A stretch of 47,480 nucleotides of DNA, taken from assembly GCF_000281045.1 (NCBI RefSeq), contig NW_008246138.1, positions 222,734 through 270,213 of the forward strand, written 5' to 3'. Source of the stretch: Saprolegnia diclina VS20 (Eukaryota). This document shows, piece after piece, positions 11,715 to 23,901 of this stretch. The notes under the pieces are model-generated. The model worked only from the letters and a program-made list of their open reading frames with translations, ran no database searches and had not been told where the DNA came from. How positions within the stretch are numbered: position 1 is the stretch's first letter; the number at the start of each line of letters is the position of its first letter. The translations under genes were made by a program, and so were the position numbers.

Positions 11715-12215
11715 CTTCGCGCCGAGGTTCGTCATCGCAACCGAAGAAAGCCACCGGAGTGCACCAGTCCATCGATTTGACTCGCGGTTTGTATACCCGA
11801 CGAATCCGGATGCCACCGAATGCACGCAAATCGTGTTATTACACCATTTACTGTAGCCATTTATCGTATATGGTGTATATCCTTGTTTATGCCTGACACT
11901 AGGCAAATACCTGAAACAAGGACCGTGCCGCTGGAGTAATGCGCGTCCCTCATTGGTGCAAGCAATTGGCCAATCAAACGTTCCGACGCTGCATCGTCAC
12001 ATCTGGGGGCCAATCACAATGGGACCGGAACAATCTTGTGCCCCCGAATGCTACTTCCGGATATGAAAAGATCGAAACTATTAAACTATCCTCTTCTTTG
12101 TATACATTTAAAAAGAACAACGCGACGAGACTATCCCAGCTCATCGTCCGGATACGCAATTGGGTCCGGCGAAGTCGCGCCACGGCCATCGGGCGGATCA
12201 TTTCGGTTCTGTACG

Positions 12216-13349
12216 ATGGCCCTCGCGCTGCACGCTACGCCCGCGCCAGTGCCCCGGGGTCCGATTCAGGTCGCACCCATGCCCTTAGCTCCGCTCGCCA
12301 CCGTGAACGACGACCTGCTAAACGCTGTCACCGGCTTTTTAGCCGTTGAAGATGTCCTCGCTGCGGCTGCCACGTCCCGCGCCATGTTCCGCTCGATCCA
12401 CGATCACACGACGTACTGGCGGGACCTGGAGCTACAGGGCGCCACGTCAGAGCTCCTGCAGCGGCTTGTCCCGTTCGCGTCGGTCATGCGCTGCGTGCGC
12501 TTCCGCAAGTCGACCGCCTCGACCGACGCGTGGCTCGCGTTCGCGCAGCACACACGCGACCTCATTGTGCTTGACGTCTCGGGCAGCAAGTATGTTACGG
12601 ACGACGTCTTTCGCATCTTTTGCGCGCGCAGCGCTGCGACGCTACGCGAAGTCGCCGCCGACAACTGCTCGTGGATCTCGACGCTGGCACCGATGCTGCC
12701 GTTCGCGCCGTCGCTGCGCGCGCTGTCGTTCAACCGGTGCCGGCAACTGGTCACGGGCGACGTTCTTGACGTTGTCGTCCTGGCGCCGCACCTAGTGTCG
12801 CTCGAGCTCAAGGGGAATCCCAAAGTGAGTCAGTCGACCGTCGTTATGACTGCCATTGCGACGTGCCCGCAGCTCAAGGTGCTGACGCTCGGCGGTAGCG
12901 GGCGCTACACAAAAGATGTCAACGCCGAGTTCATCCAGGCGTTTTCGACGCAGAACCAAGCGATCGCGCTCGAGTGCTTGGATCTCTCGTGCAGCAACCC
13001 GTTTGGCTCGCGGTCACCGCTCGCCGACGACGGCCTCGTGCCTCTCTTGCAGCTGTGCCCTAATATGCAAGCGCTGTACCTCAAGGGCCAGTCGAACCTC
13101 TCGAGCCACATTTTCAGCGCGCTCCCGCCGCGAATCAAGACGCTGGACGTCACAGGCTGCGCACTGGTGACTGCAAACCTCGATGGCCTTGCTTGCCTTC
13201 CATTCCTGGAAGAGCTCGTGCTCTATGCGTGCAACAACGTCACGGACGATGCTCTGCTCCGCCTCAAGGTTACGCACCCCCACCTCGTCAAGGTGGATGT
13301 CGAAGGATGCACTGCTGTCTCGGCGGAAGTGCGTGACCTGTTTAGTTAG
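12216..13349 (+). CDS. F-box/LRR-repeat protein (FBXL-like)
   Basis: F-box-like LATVNDDLLNAVTGFLAVEDVLAAAATSRAM...YWRDL, then cysteine-containing LRRs (LDVSGSKYVTDD, LSFNRCRQL, LDVTGCALVT, LVLYACNNVTD); intronless. Confidence 0.85.
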   Translation: MALALHATPAPVPRGPIQVAPMPLAPLATVNDDLLNAVTGFLAVEDVLAAAATSRAMFRSIHDHTTYWRDLELQGATSELLQRLVPFASVMRCVRFRKSTASTDAWLAFAQHTRDLIVLDVSGSKYVTDDVFRIFCARSAATLREVAADNCSWISTLAPMLPFAPSLRALSFNRCRQLVTGDVLDVVVLAPHLVSLELKGNPKVSQSTVVMTAIATCPQLKVLTLGGSGRYTKDVNAEFIQAFSTQNQAIALECLDLSCSNPFGSRSPLADDGLVPLLQLCPNMQALYLKGQSNLSSHIFSALPPRIKTLDVTGCALVTANLDGLACLPFLEELVLYACNNVTDDALLRLKVTHPHLVKVDVEGCTAVSAEVRDLFS

Positions 13350-14057
13350 TGTGAATTGTACCCTCTTAATATTTATACGAATGAAAAAATGACCAACGAT
13401 TGCGACTTGACGCGTGCGCATGCCGTGATGCCAGCATGGTCACAGGCTGAGCTCCCAGACTGGTGAGGCTGGGACCTTTGTTTGGTTAACCCAGTCTCTA
13501 CCACTTGATTGGCTCATTTTAAACCTTTTCAACCAATCACAGGGCACATGGAACTGCTGCGCCATGCACAACCGAGCCGGAGGCCATCGCGGGCGCGAAA
13601 TCTCGATGATAAATGGATTCGCTCAAACTTGGACCACAGGTAGAGGACGTCTTGGAGGGTACGAAATGCACCTCCGCGTCGGCGTTCGAGCTATGCTGCA
13701 AGAGAAATAGGCCGAATGATTATATATGGCATGTACCACATTTAGACACAAATAGTCATGTTTTGATGTGTTGGCTTTATACGATATCTACGAGCGTCCA
13801 ATAATGATGAGCCACTCAACTCCATCGCTCTTTTATACCATACTTGCATCCTAGCTTTTTCAGTACTAGAAGTTGCCCACCACCGTGGCGCTCGACAAGT
13901 GCCCAGGAAGATCTCCAGGATCGGTCGATTGATTGGCCAAAATTGTAGTTTCGACAAAAGTTATCCACCAATCTTTGCGCCCCGAAAGTTTCAGCCAGTC
14001 ATATCGCGCCGTGAAGATCTTGACGAAAGGCCACACAGAGCGAGATCTGCGAACACG

Positions 14058-16335
14058 ATGTCGGAGCTCCAGCTCATCGTCGAGAAGCTCAACAAGGAGC
14101 CGTTCAACCACAACTTCACGCTCGTATGCATCCTTCCAGATACACTCGTCGTCTCATGGTAAAGCTGCGTAGGTCGCCTTTGATGAAAAGTCCAACTTTG
14201 AGCTGCTCCAGATCCTCAATGAGGTGTTTGCAGCAATGGATTCGCGGCACAACGTCGACCTCCGAGACGAGCTCGACGAGCAGCGCACGTACCGGTACAT
14301 GGAACTTCTGCAGCTGCTCAAGTACCAGCTGCCGCCGGACCTCGACGGCTTTCGCGACGGCTTGAGCCACGGCGAGCGCTACGTGGTGTATCCGATCTTG
14401 TACTGGGCGCTCAAGAGCTTTCCCGTGCACAAGAAGCGCGCGTACCTCGGTCGATTTCTCGCGCCATTGCAAGTGCCGCAAGAGTTCCTCGGCAACGACG
14501 GCCTCAACAGCATGCACGAGCACTACAAGCAGCTTCAGAACGAGTTCAAAGCTGCACACAAGCAAGTCGAGCAGCTTCGCACGAGCAAGATTCGTCCTGG
14601 CGAGCTGCGAAAGGAGATCACGCAGCTGGAGGAGGAGTCGCACCAGCTCAGCGAGAAGATTGCGCACCTCAAGAAGAAGACGGCCAACGAGGTTCGAAGC
14701 TTATCTGGCCCATGAATCTGACGTTTGTGTTCTTAGAGTGGCTTTAAGGATATCTTGGAAGCGACAAGTGCGCTTCGGAAAGAGCAAGAGGAGCAAGCCA
14801 AGCTCGCGGAGCGGAAGCGCGACCAAATGATGGGCCTCAACATGGCGCAGAAGCGCAGTCGGGACTACGACCAGCGCCTTGGCGAGATGCGCCAAAGCAT
14901 CACGACCAACATGCAGCCGGACCAGCTCTTTGACCAGCTGCAGAACCAAGTGGACCGCCACCGGGACATTCTCATCAACAAGTTCCCGGCCGAGTTCCGA
15001 CTTCAACAAGAGAAACTTCAGCACCTCGACGCTGCGCTGAGCGAACCCGCCAAGACCGAGGCGGACATTGCCGACATGGAGGACGAGATCCAAAATCTCA
15101 AAAATTCGATCCAAGTACGTTTTTGCATAGCTCCACATCCATTGACGTTTTCTTGTAGCACTTTTCCGATCAGTTGAACGAGACCCAGAAAGCCGCGGGC
15201 GACGACAAGCTGGCGATCTTCCGTCAGCATGCCAACATCCAAACCAAGAAGCTCAACGACAAGATCGACGAACTCACCAAGGTCAAGCAAGAGAAGCAGT
15301 CGCTGCAGCGCCAGCTCGAAGATCAAGTTCGTCCTTCAGAGAATGCCGTGTCTCATCCCGCGTAGGAGGCCAAGATGGCCGAGGTCTCGGGACCCAAGTT
15401 CATGAAGCACAACGAGTTCAAGCAGTTTACCAACACGCTGCGCATCAAGACCAACCAGTACAAGAAGATGAAGGCCGAGCTCGCAGAGATCACGGCCGAG
15501 TCGGTTGTCCTCCACCGCACGGAGCAGGTGCTGCGGAGCCGCGACTCGGATCTCGACGGCCTCCTCAAGGACATTGAGGCTTCGAAAGGCGTCGTCGGCT
15601 ACATGGACACGGAGGGCAAACTCAACGAGATCTCGGAGCGCAACGCCCAAGTGAACGCGTTCAAGGGCGAGACCCTCGAGGAAATCAGCCGCATCGTGAC
15701 CGACATCAACCAGACGCTAAAGGAGCGCAAGAACCAGCTTGCACCGCAGATCAAGGACCTCCGCGCCGTGCGCCAGCGCTACCAAGAGATGGAGCAGACG
15801 TATCTGGAGAAGAAAGCGCAGTACGACAACACGGCCGTGGGCCTCGAGACCGAGCGCATCAAGCTCGAGCAAGAGTGTACGGCGTTCCAGGACGACTGCC
15901 TCCGCGAGGAGAGCCAGTACCACCAGCTCCACGCGCTCCTGCAGATCGAGTCGGCGCGCCTCGACAAGGTCACGCAAGAAGAAGAGTTTGACAAAGGCAA
16001 CGGAAAACTCCACCGCGACTTTCGCACGTTCCAAGAACTCTACAAGAACAAGGTCATTCAGCAAGAGTCGCTCACGAAGGAGCTCCGGAAGCAGCAAAAG
16101 ACACTCAAGACCAACCTCGGCGACTACGTCATCCAGCGCAACATGTTTGACCAGCTCCTCAAGCTCCTCCAGTGCAAAGTCAAGCTCACAACGAACGAGC
16201 AAGGCAGCGCCAAGCAAGATCTCTACAGCACAGCGGCTGACATTGCTCAGTTCGACGTGGGCGGCGCGGTACGAAGCGACTGCTCTTCACATGACACTAT
16301 TCTGTCTGTAGAACGTCATGACCATCGACGCCTAG
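14058..16335 (+). CDS. IFT81: Intraflagellar transport protein 81
   Basis: N-terminal MSELQLIVEKLNKEPFNHNFTLVAFD (IFT81 CH domain), KKRAYLGRFL, long coiled coils, DDKLAIFRQHA; multi-exon, last exon NVMTIDA*. Confidence 0.93.
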
Positions 16336-16422
16336 AGCCTCCGCTCGTAGCTTCTCGTCCATTAACTCGTTCTATACAATCGATTCCTTCACTCGAGTGG
16401 CGCGGAGGGCACGCGCGTCCGT

Positions 16423-16434
16423 TTTCGCGCCAAA
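16423..16434. promoter_or_regulatory. E2F-type site (TTTCGCGCCAAA) upstream of RPA3
   Basis: Two overlapping inverted TTTSSCGC matches, 64-75 nt before the RPA3 ATG. Confidence 0.6.
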
Positions 16435-16497
16435 TCTGGTATCCGGATCCGGAAACCAGCGGCCAGCCGGTGCCCACTGCAAATAAGAAAGCGAAGA

Positions 16498-16915
16498 ATG
16501 GCCGAGCCCGCGCCCGCACCCCGCGTCAACAAGGCGCTCATGGCCTCGTACGTGAACCGCACGGTCGCCCTCGTCGGCAGCATGGAGAGCTGGACGGGCA
16601 ACAGCGCGATCGTCAAGGCCTCGGACGGCGGCCTCGTCACCGTGATCCCGGCGCCCGGCGCCGACTATTCGAGGTACGGCGACCGCTTGAGGTAGCCACT
16701 TGCTCATGCGTAAGGAATGTAGCAAGTTCGTCGAAGTCATCGGCCTCGTCCAGCCCGACGGATCGCTCCAAGAATTCAAGTGCACGAGCTTTGGCGACAA
16801 CTTTGGTACATGCGGCCATAGGTTATGGCAGGCTTTTAGCGTCCTCGTAGATCTCGGCAACTACGACAAGCTCGTCGCGCTCATGCATGGCAAGTTCGCG
16901 CCGATGTTTATCTAA
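16498..16915 (+). CDS. RPA3: Replication protein A 14 kDa subunit
   Basis: PRVNKALMASYVNRTVALVG...ASDGGLVTV...SKFVEVIGLV...FGDNFDLGNYDKLV; two introns. Confidence 0.9.
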
Positions 16916-16922
16916 CTCCCAT

Positions 16923-17590
16923 CTATTCATTTGCCGCGTCGACTATGGTTTCGTGGGCGACGGGGGCGGGCAATGGAGGGTGCTGCTTGAGGCCGACCAT
17001 GAGAGGCGCCACGGGCTTGACGCTGGCGACGTCCATGCAAGCCACCTACCGATTCCTTCAGCACGCAAGCAAGAGCCATTCGCATCTACCTGCACGATGG
17101 ACAAGTGGGTTTGCGGCAGGAAGATGCTTTGGTACAGATGAAAGTGACGGTAGTACGTGTGCGTCACGTAGTCGACGATGCGGCTGACGTCAGCGGCGTC
17201 AAAGATGCCTGTACTCATCGGCGGCCGCTCGACGCTGTGGCGCAAGAGCATGGCCTGGAAGCGGCTAAAGCTCGCGGGCAGAGTCGGAAGCGTGCGCAGG
17301 TCCTTCTCGCCGTGGAGGAAGAGGTCCGTGAGCACGAGGCTGTGCACGATCGCCAGCACCGTCGACGTACGCTCCGCACTAAACTCGTGCTGCTTGGTGA
17401 ACGCGTACAGATACATGTACATGTCCACGACGAGGTGCATTGGCGCTGGCGCCTTGTGCGTGAAGAGCGGGCTCGGCGGGAAGGCGAAGACGTTGGCGAG
17501 GTAGTCGCGAAGCTGCGCCGGGTCGTGGATGAGCCCGAGGTCCAGCACGTGGTCCTCCGAGAGGTATCGCCAGCGCAAGCAGTCGGTCAT
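16923..17590 (-). CDS. CLAMP-domain flagellar protein (CFAP119/C1a-32-like)
   Basis: VDMYMYLYAFTKQHEFSAERTSTVL...LLRHSVERPPMSTGIF...DYVTHTYYRHFHLYQSIF; one intron, final exon ends VDAANE*. Confidence 0.8.
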
Positions 17591-17657
17591 CCGTCGGTGG
17601 TTTCGAGTGTTATAACAGTTGGAGAGGAGTATCTATTCCGATGTTACGTGCTTCTTC

Positions 17658-18947
17658 TTACAACAGCAACAAGTCGGGCTGCTCCATGTACTTCTTGAAC
17701 GCCTGCAGGAACTGACCGGCAATGACGTCGTCGACGACTCGTCGGTCGGACGAAAGCGTCACGTTCATGAGCGTCGCCTTGCGCGGCTCGCCGTCGACAG
17801 CCGCCGGCGCCACGAGCTCGACGCGGCCACGGCCGACCGCCATGATGCACGCCTGCGGCGGGTTGATCACGGCCGTGAACGAGTCGATGCCAAAGCCTCC
17901 AAGGTTCGAGATCGTGAAGCTGCCGCCCTGGAACTCTTCGGGCTTGAGCTTGTTGGCGCGGGCGCGGCCCACGAGCTCCTTGAAGGTGCCGTTGATGCCA
18001 ACGAGGCCGAGGTTCTGGACCTTGGGCACAATGGGCGTGATGAGGCCAGTGTCCGTCGCCACGGCCACCGAGATGTCGACGGACGAGTTCGGGACGATCT
18101 GCTTCAGGACCGGGTCCATGCCGCAGTTGGCCTCCGGCACGTCGCGAAGCGCGCAGGCGACGGACTTGAGGAGGAAGTCGTTGAGCGAGACCGCGACGCC
18201 GTGGTCGTTCTTGAGGCGCTTGCGGAGCTTCATAATGGCGTCGATCTCGCAGTCAATCGACGCGTAGTTGTGGGGCACGGTGACCTTAGACGCCGTCAAG
18301 CGCTTGGCGATGATCTTGCGCATGTTCGAGAGCGGGAGATCCGTGAACGGGCCATCCGCCGCAGGCGCCGCCTTAGCGACGGGCGCAGCGACGGGCGCGG
18401 CCACAGGCGCGGCGATCGGCGCAGGCTTGGTCTCAGAGTGAGCCGCGGGGAGGAGAGAGCGCTTGCCCAAAAAGTGAATGCGGGGCACGCGGTGCGCGCT
18501 CGTGGAGGGAGCGATAGCAGCGGGCGCGGCAGCGACAGGCGTGGCAGCAGCGGGGGCAGGAGCAGCGGCTGCGTCGCCAGTGAGCTTGGCAATGTCACCG
18601 CTCTTGAGAAGGGCGGCGTACGTTTCTTCGTCGTCGACCGTGTAGGCCAAGAGTGTGCCGACGTCGACGGACGTGCCTTGGGCAACGAGGATCTTGGCGA
18701 GGACGGCCTCGTCCTGCATCTCGTAGTCGACGGTCGCCTTGTCCGTCTCGACCTGGCAAAGAACGTCGCCGGCGTTCGCCATCTCGCCTTCCTTCTTGAG
18801 CCACGCGGCGATCGTACCGGACTCCATCGTGGGCGAGAGAGCGGGCATGAGGAGCTTGGTCACGCCGTCGGGCAGCGACGAGAGGCGGCGCATGCCCCAC
18901 GTGGCACGCTTGGCGAGAGGCGGCGTCAAGGCGGCGAGGCGCAGCAT
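17658..18947 (-). CDS. PDHX: Pyruvate dehydrogenase protein X / E3BP-like (lipoyl domain + catalytically altered E2 core)
   Basis: Presequence MLRLAALTPPLAKRATWGMRRLSS; lipoyl domain MPALSPTME...ETDKAT; E2 core with GSFTISNLG; active-site DHR.VDG replaced by SSDRRVVDD, as in protein X. Confidence 0.8.
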   Translation of the reverse strand: MLRLAALTPPLAKRATWGMRRLSSLPDGVTKLLMPALSPTMESGTIAAWLKKEGEMANAGDVLCQVETDKATVDYEMQDEAVLAKILVAQGTSVDVGTLLAYTVDDEETYAALLKSGDIAKLTGDAAAAPAPAAATPVAAAPAAIAPSTSAHRVPRIHFLGKRSLLPAAHSETKPAPIAAPVAAPVAAPVAKAAPAADGPFTDLPLSNMRKIIAKRLTASKVTVPHNYASIDCEIDAIMKLRKRLKNDHGVAVSLNDFLLKSVACALRDVPEANCGMDPVLKQIVPNSSVDISVAVATDTGLITPIVPKVQNLGLVGINGTFKELVGRARANKLKPEEFQGGSFTISNLGGFGIDSFTAVINPPQACIMAVGRGRVELVAPAAVDGEPRKATLMNVTLSSDRRVVDDVIAGQFLQAFKKYMEQPDLLLL

Positions 18948-19389
18948 AGCAATTGACTGTGTGGGAGTCACTGGATTTGTGGGTCACACGAAATGCACCA
19001 ATCATTGGTCGTCCGGATAAACGGCGCAAAGGCTGCCCACGCCGAAAAATCCAGCAGCGTTTTTACCTCCGTCCAGTATGCAGGGGGCCTTTATTTTAAT
19101 TCCCAGCCCCTTCGTCCGACGTCATCCGAGGTGATGACGAAGGCGTCGTCCCATGATGTCATCGCCGCCTTCTTCCAGCCATGGGCTTGGACAGTGCTGG
19201 TAGACGCCAAGCATGCTCCCAAAGCTAGGGACACGGTCCATGCGCGTCGATGGGCATCATTGAGGGTTCCATGGCGCCGCAACGGTCGGTTGTCCGGATA
19301 AAGGGAAAAGTCCCTCGGAACCGAAAGGACACGCTCTTTAACATGGATTCGACCGCCGAAACCGGGCGTGAAACGGAGCTTAAATAAAG

Positions 19390-21136
<1,747 letters not shown>

Positions 21137-21246
21137 GTCTTTTTATTCCACCTCTTCTCACGCTACGCTGCCACGTATTTTGTTCGGATACGCGCAAGAT
21201 CTCGATATCCGGATAGTCCGTTGCCGGCGATCCGCAAAACATAAGA

Positions 21247-23897
21247 ATGCAGCGGGACGAGGAGCAGGAGGCGCTGCTGAGCGAGGCGACGACGAGCGTG
21301 CGCCAGAGCGCCTTCTACATGAAGCGGGCCATGGACGCCGGCGCCAACGAGGCGGACATCGCGCTCGTGCTCAAGCACGCGGCCGACTTCCTCCGCGAGC
21401 TGCGCACGTCGCTGCTGTCGCCCAAGAACTACTACGAGCTCTACATGCTCGTGGCCGACGAGCTGCACGCGCTCGTAGCCTACATCGAAGCACACCGCGC
21501 ATCCATCAACCTGCGCAAGCTGTACGAGCAGGTACAGAGCAGCGGCAACGTCGTGCCACGACTCTACCTCCTCGTGGCTGTCGGTGTTGTCTACATGCGC
21601 AGCGACATCAACCTCGTGCGCGAGCTGCTCAAGGATCTGGTCGAGATGGTCAAAGGCGTGCAGCATCCGCTGCGAGGACTCTTTCTGCGCCACTACCTCG
21701 TCGTCTCCGTCAAGGAGCTGCTCGGCGCCGTCGACGTGGCGGACGCGCTCGCGTTCCTGCTCCAGAACTGGGACGAGACCAACCGGCTGTGGATTCGCAT
21801 GCAGTTCCAGTCCAACATCAAGGACAAGAAACAGCGCGAGAAGGAGCGGCAGGAACTCAAGCTGCTCGTGGGCACGAGCCTCGTGCGCGTGAGCCAGCTC
21901 GACGACGTCTCGAGCGCCGTCTACGCGGCCGACGTGCTGCCGCGCGTGCTCGAGATTGTCATCAACTGCAAGGACAAGATTGCGCAAGTCTACCTCATGG
22001 ACTGCATCATCCACGTAGAAGCCTCTTCCTACTTGCACGAAATGTCTCATAGTTCCGCAGGTGTTTCCGGATGAATTCCATCTCGAGACCATTCCTGCCT
22101 TCCTCGGCGCGCTCAAGGACCTCAACAGCCTCGTGGACATTACGGAACTCGTCCTCGCGCTGCTCCAGCGGCTCACCAAGTACCACGAAGCCAACGCCTC
22201 CCACGGTACCGATTTGATACGAAGTGATATCTCGATACATTGAAAAGAGACTAGGGTTTCCGGAGCAGGACGCGCTCTTTGAGGCCCTCGCAGCGTGCGC
22301 GGCGTCGGCGGTCAAACAATTCGAGGCTTCGCTTCCCAGCGCGTCGCTCCTCGGGCTCTACGCCGGCATCATGGAGTTTGTGTTTGCGTGTTTCCAGCCG
22401 CCCGCAACAACGTACGTGGCGAAACTCTTTGCCGCGGCCACCGACTTGCTCGTGCGCGTCAAAATGTACGAAAACACGCATCTTTTTGGGCTTGACATGT
22501 GCGCAGGCGGTCGGATGCGGTGATTGCCGCGGGCGAGCGCCTCGTGCGCGTGCCCATGGACGCGCTCGGCCACCAGCTCGTGGACGACGCAGAGATGACG
22601 CGCTGCGCCAGCGTCGTCCTGCAGTGGCTGCCAACAGCCGATCGCAAGCGCCTCGCCATGCACTGGGGCAACGTGCTCCTCCGGCGGCGCGAGATGCTCG
22701 AGAGCGCGGCGTCTGTCGAGAAGGCGTACACGCTGCTCCTCCCGCTCATCCGCGACGACGGCGACGACGGACCGCCCAGCTCAGTCGCCTCGCGCGTGCG
22801 TGGCTCTGATGCCTCCTTATCAAAGTGACACGCCGTCCGTAATAGGCGGCGTTTGAGAAGGAGCAGCACCTCGTGGCCAAGATTGCGCACCTGCTGCGCC
22901 ACCCAAGCGCCGACGTTCAGTTCCAGGTACACTGCCAGCGCCCCATTTGAGTCAAGTTGACCAACGGGAGCAGATATACAGCCAGGCGCGGCGGCTCCTT
23001 GGCCAAGGGGGACTCCAGCGCATCCGGGTCACGCTCGTACCACTGGTGTTTCTCTCGCTCCAGCTCACGCAGCGCGTGCATGCGGTCAGGGACAGCGCTG
23101 TGTCGCCGCGCGAGGTGCTGCAGTTTGTGCACGAGATGGCGACGGCGCTCGCGTCCAAAGTCGAGCTCGTCGAGACGCCCGTGTTTGTCTCTATCTTTCT
23201 GCAGTGCGCGCTGACGGCCGACGCCTGCGCTCTCGAAGCAATCGCGTACGAGTTTCTCACGCAGGCCTTTATCGTGTACGAGGACCAGCTCAGCCAGTGC
23301 GCGCATCAGCTCCTCGCGCTAGAGGCGATGCTCGGCGCGCTCCGCCACTGCACGCACCTGACGCCCGCGAACCTCGACACGCTCGCGACCAAGCTCACGC
23401 AGTACGCGGCCAAAGTGCTCAAGAAGAAGGACCAGTGCCGCATGGTCGCATCCTGCGCGCACCTCTTTTGGCGCCCGGTACATTTCTCAAACTGTTCGAC
23501 GACGAACTGCTTCTTGTGTAGGGCGGGCACGGCGTGCGCGTCCTCGAATGTCTCCAGCGTGCGCTCAAGATCGCGGACGGCTGCACGTCGTCGGCGGCGC
23601 AGGTCGCGCTCTTTGTCGACATCTTGGACGAGGTAGGTCCATAGTCGCATTGCGCGAAGATTCACTTTTTCCTAGTACCTGTACTTTTTCCTGGCGCGCG
23701 CGCCCGAGGTACGCTCGCCACGAGATGGCGATACGCAAATTTCTACTTGGTGTCGGTAGATATCCAAGCAGTACCTCGTGGGGCTCATAGCGCTCGTCAA
23801 GGAGCACCTCGAACACATGGAGTCGGGCACCGAGAAGGCCGAGATCGAAGCACACTACCGCAACACGCTCAAGCATATTGAGACGGTCGAGTTGTAG
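21247..23897 (+). CDS. VPS35: Retromer subunit VPS35
   Basis: ELRTSLLSPKNYYELYM, GNVVPRLYLL, GVQHPLRGLFLRHYL, KLTQYAAKVLKKKDQCR, RVLECLQRALKIAD, HYRNTLKHI; multi-exon. Confidence 0.95.
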
Positions 23898-23901
23898 ACG
23901 C

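Noticed and set aside
13803..13870. C/D snoRNA candidate (ATGATGA)
   Set aside because: No matching CTGA D box or terminal stem.
17619..18956. 445-aa + strand ORF
   Set aside because: Antisense shadow of the PDHX-like gene.
19355..19382. SRP RNA helix-8-like GAAACGGAGC
   Set aside because: The stem does not close a GNRA tetraloop correctly, and it abuts the kinase ATG.
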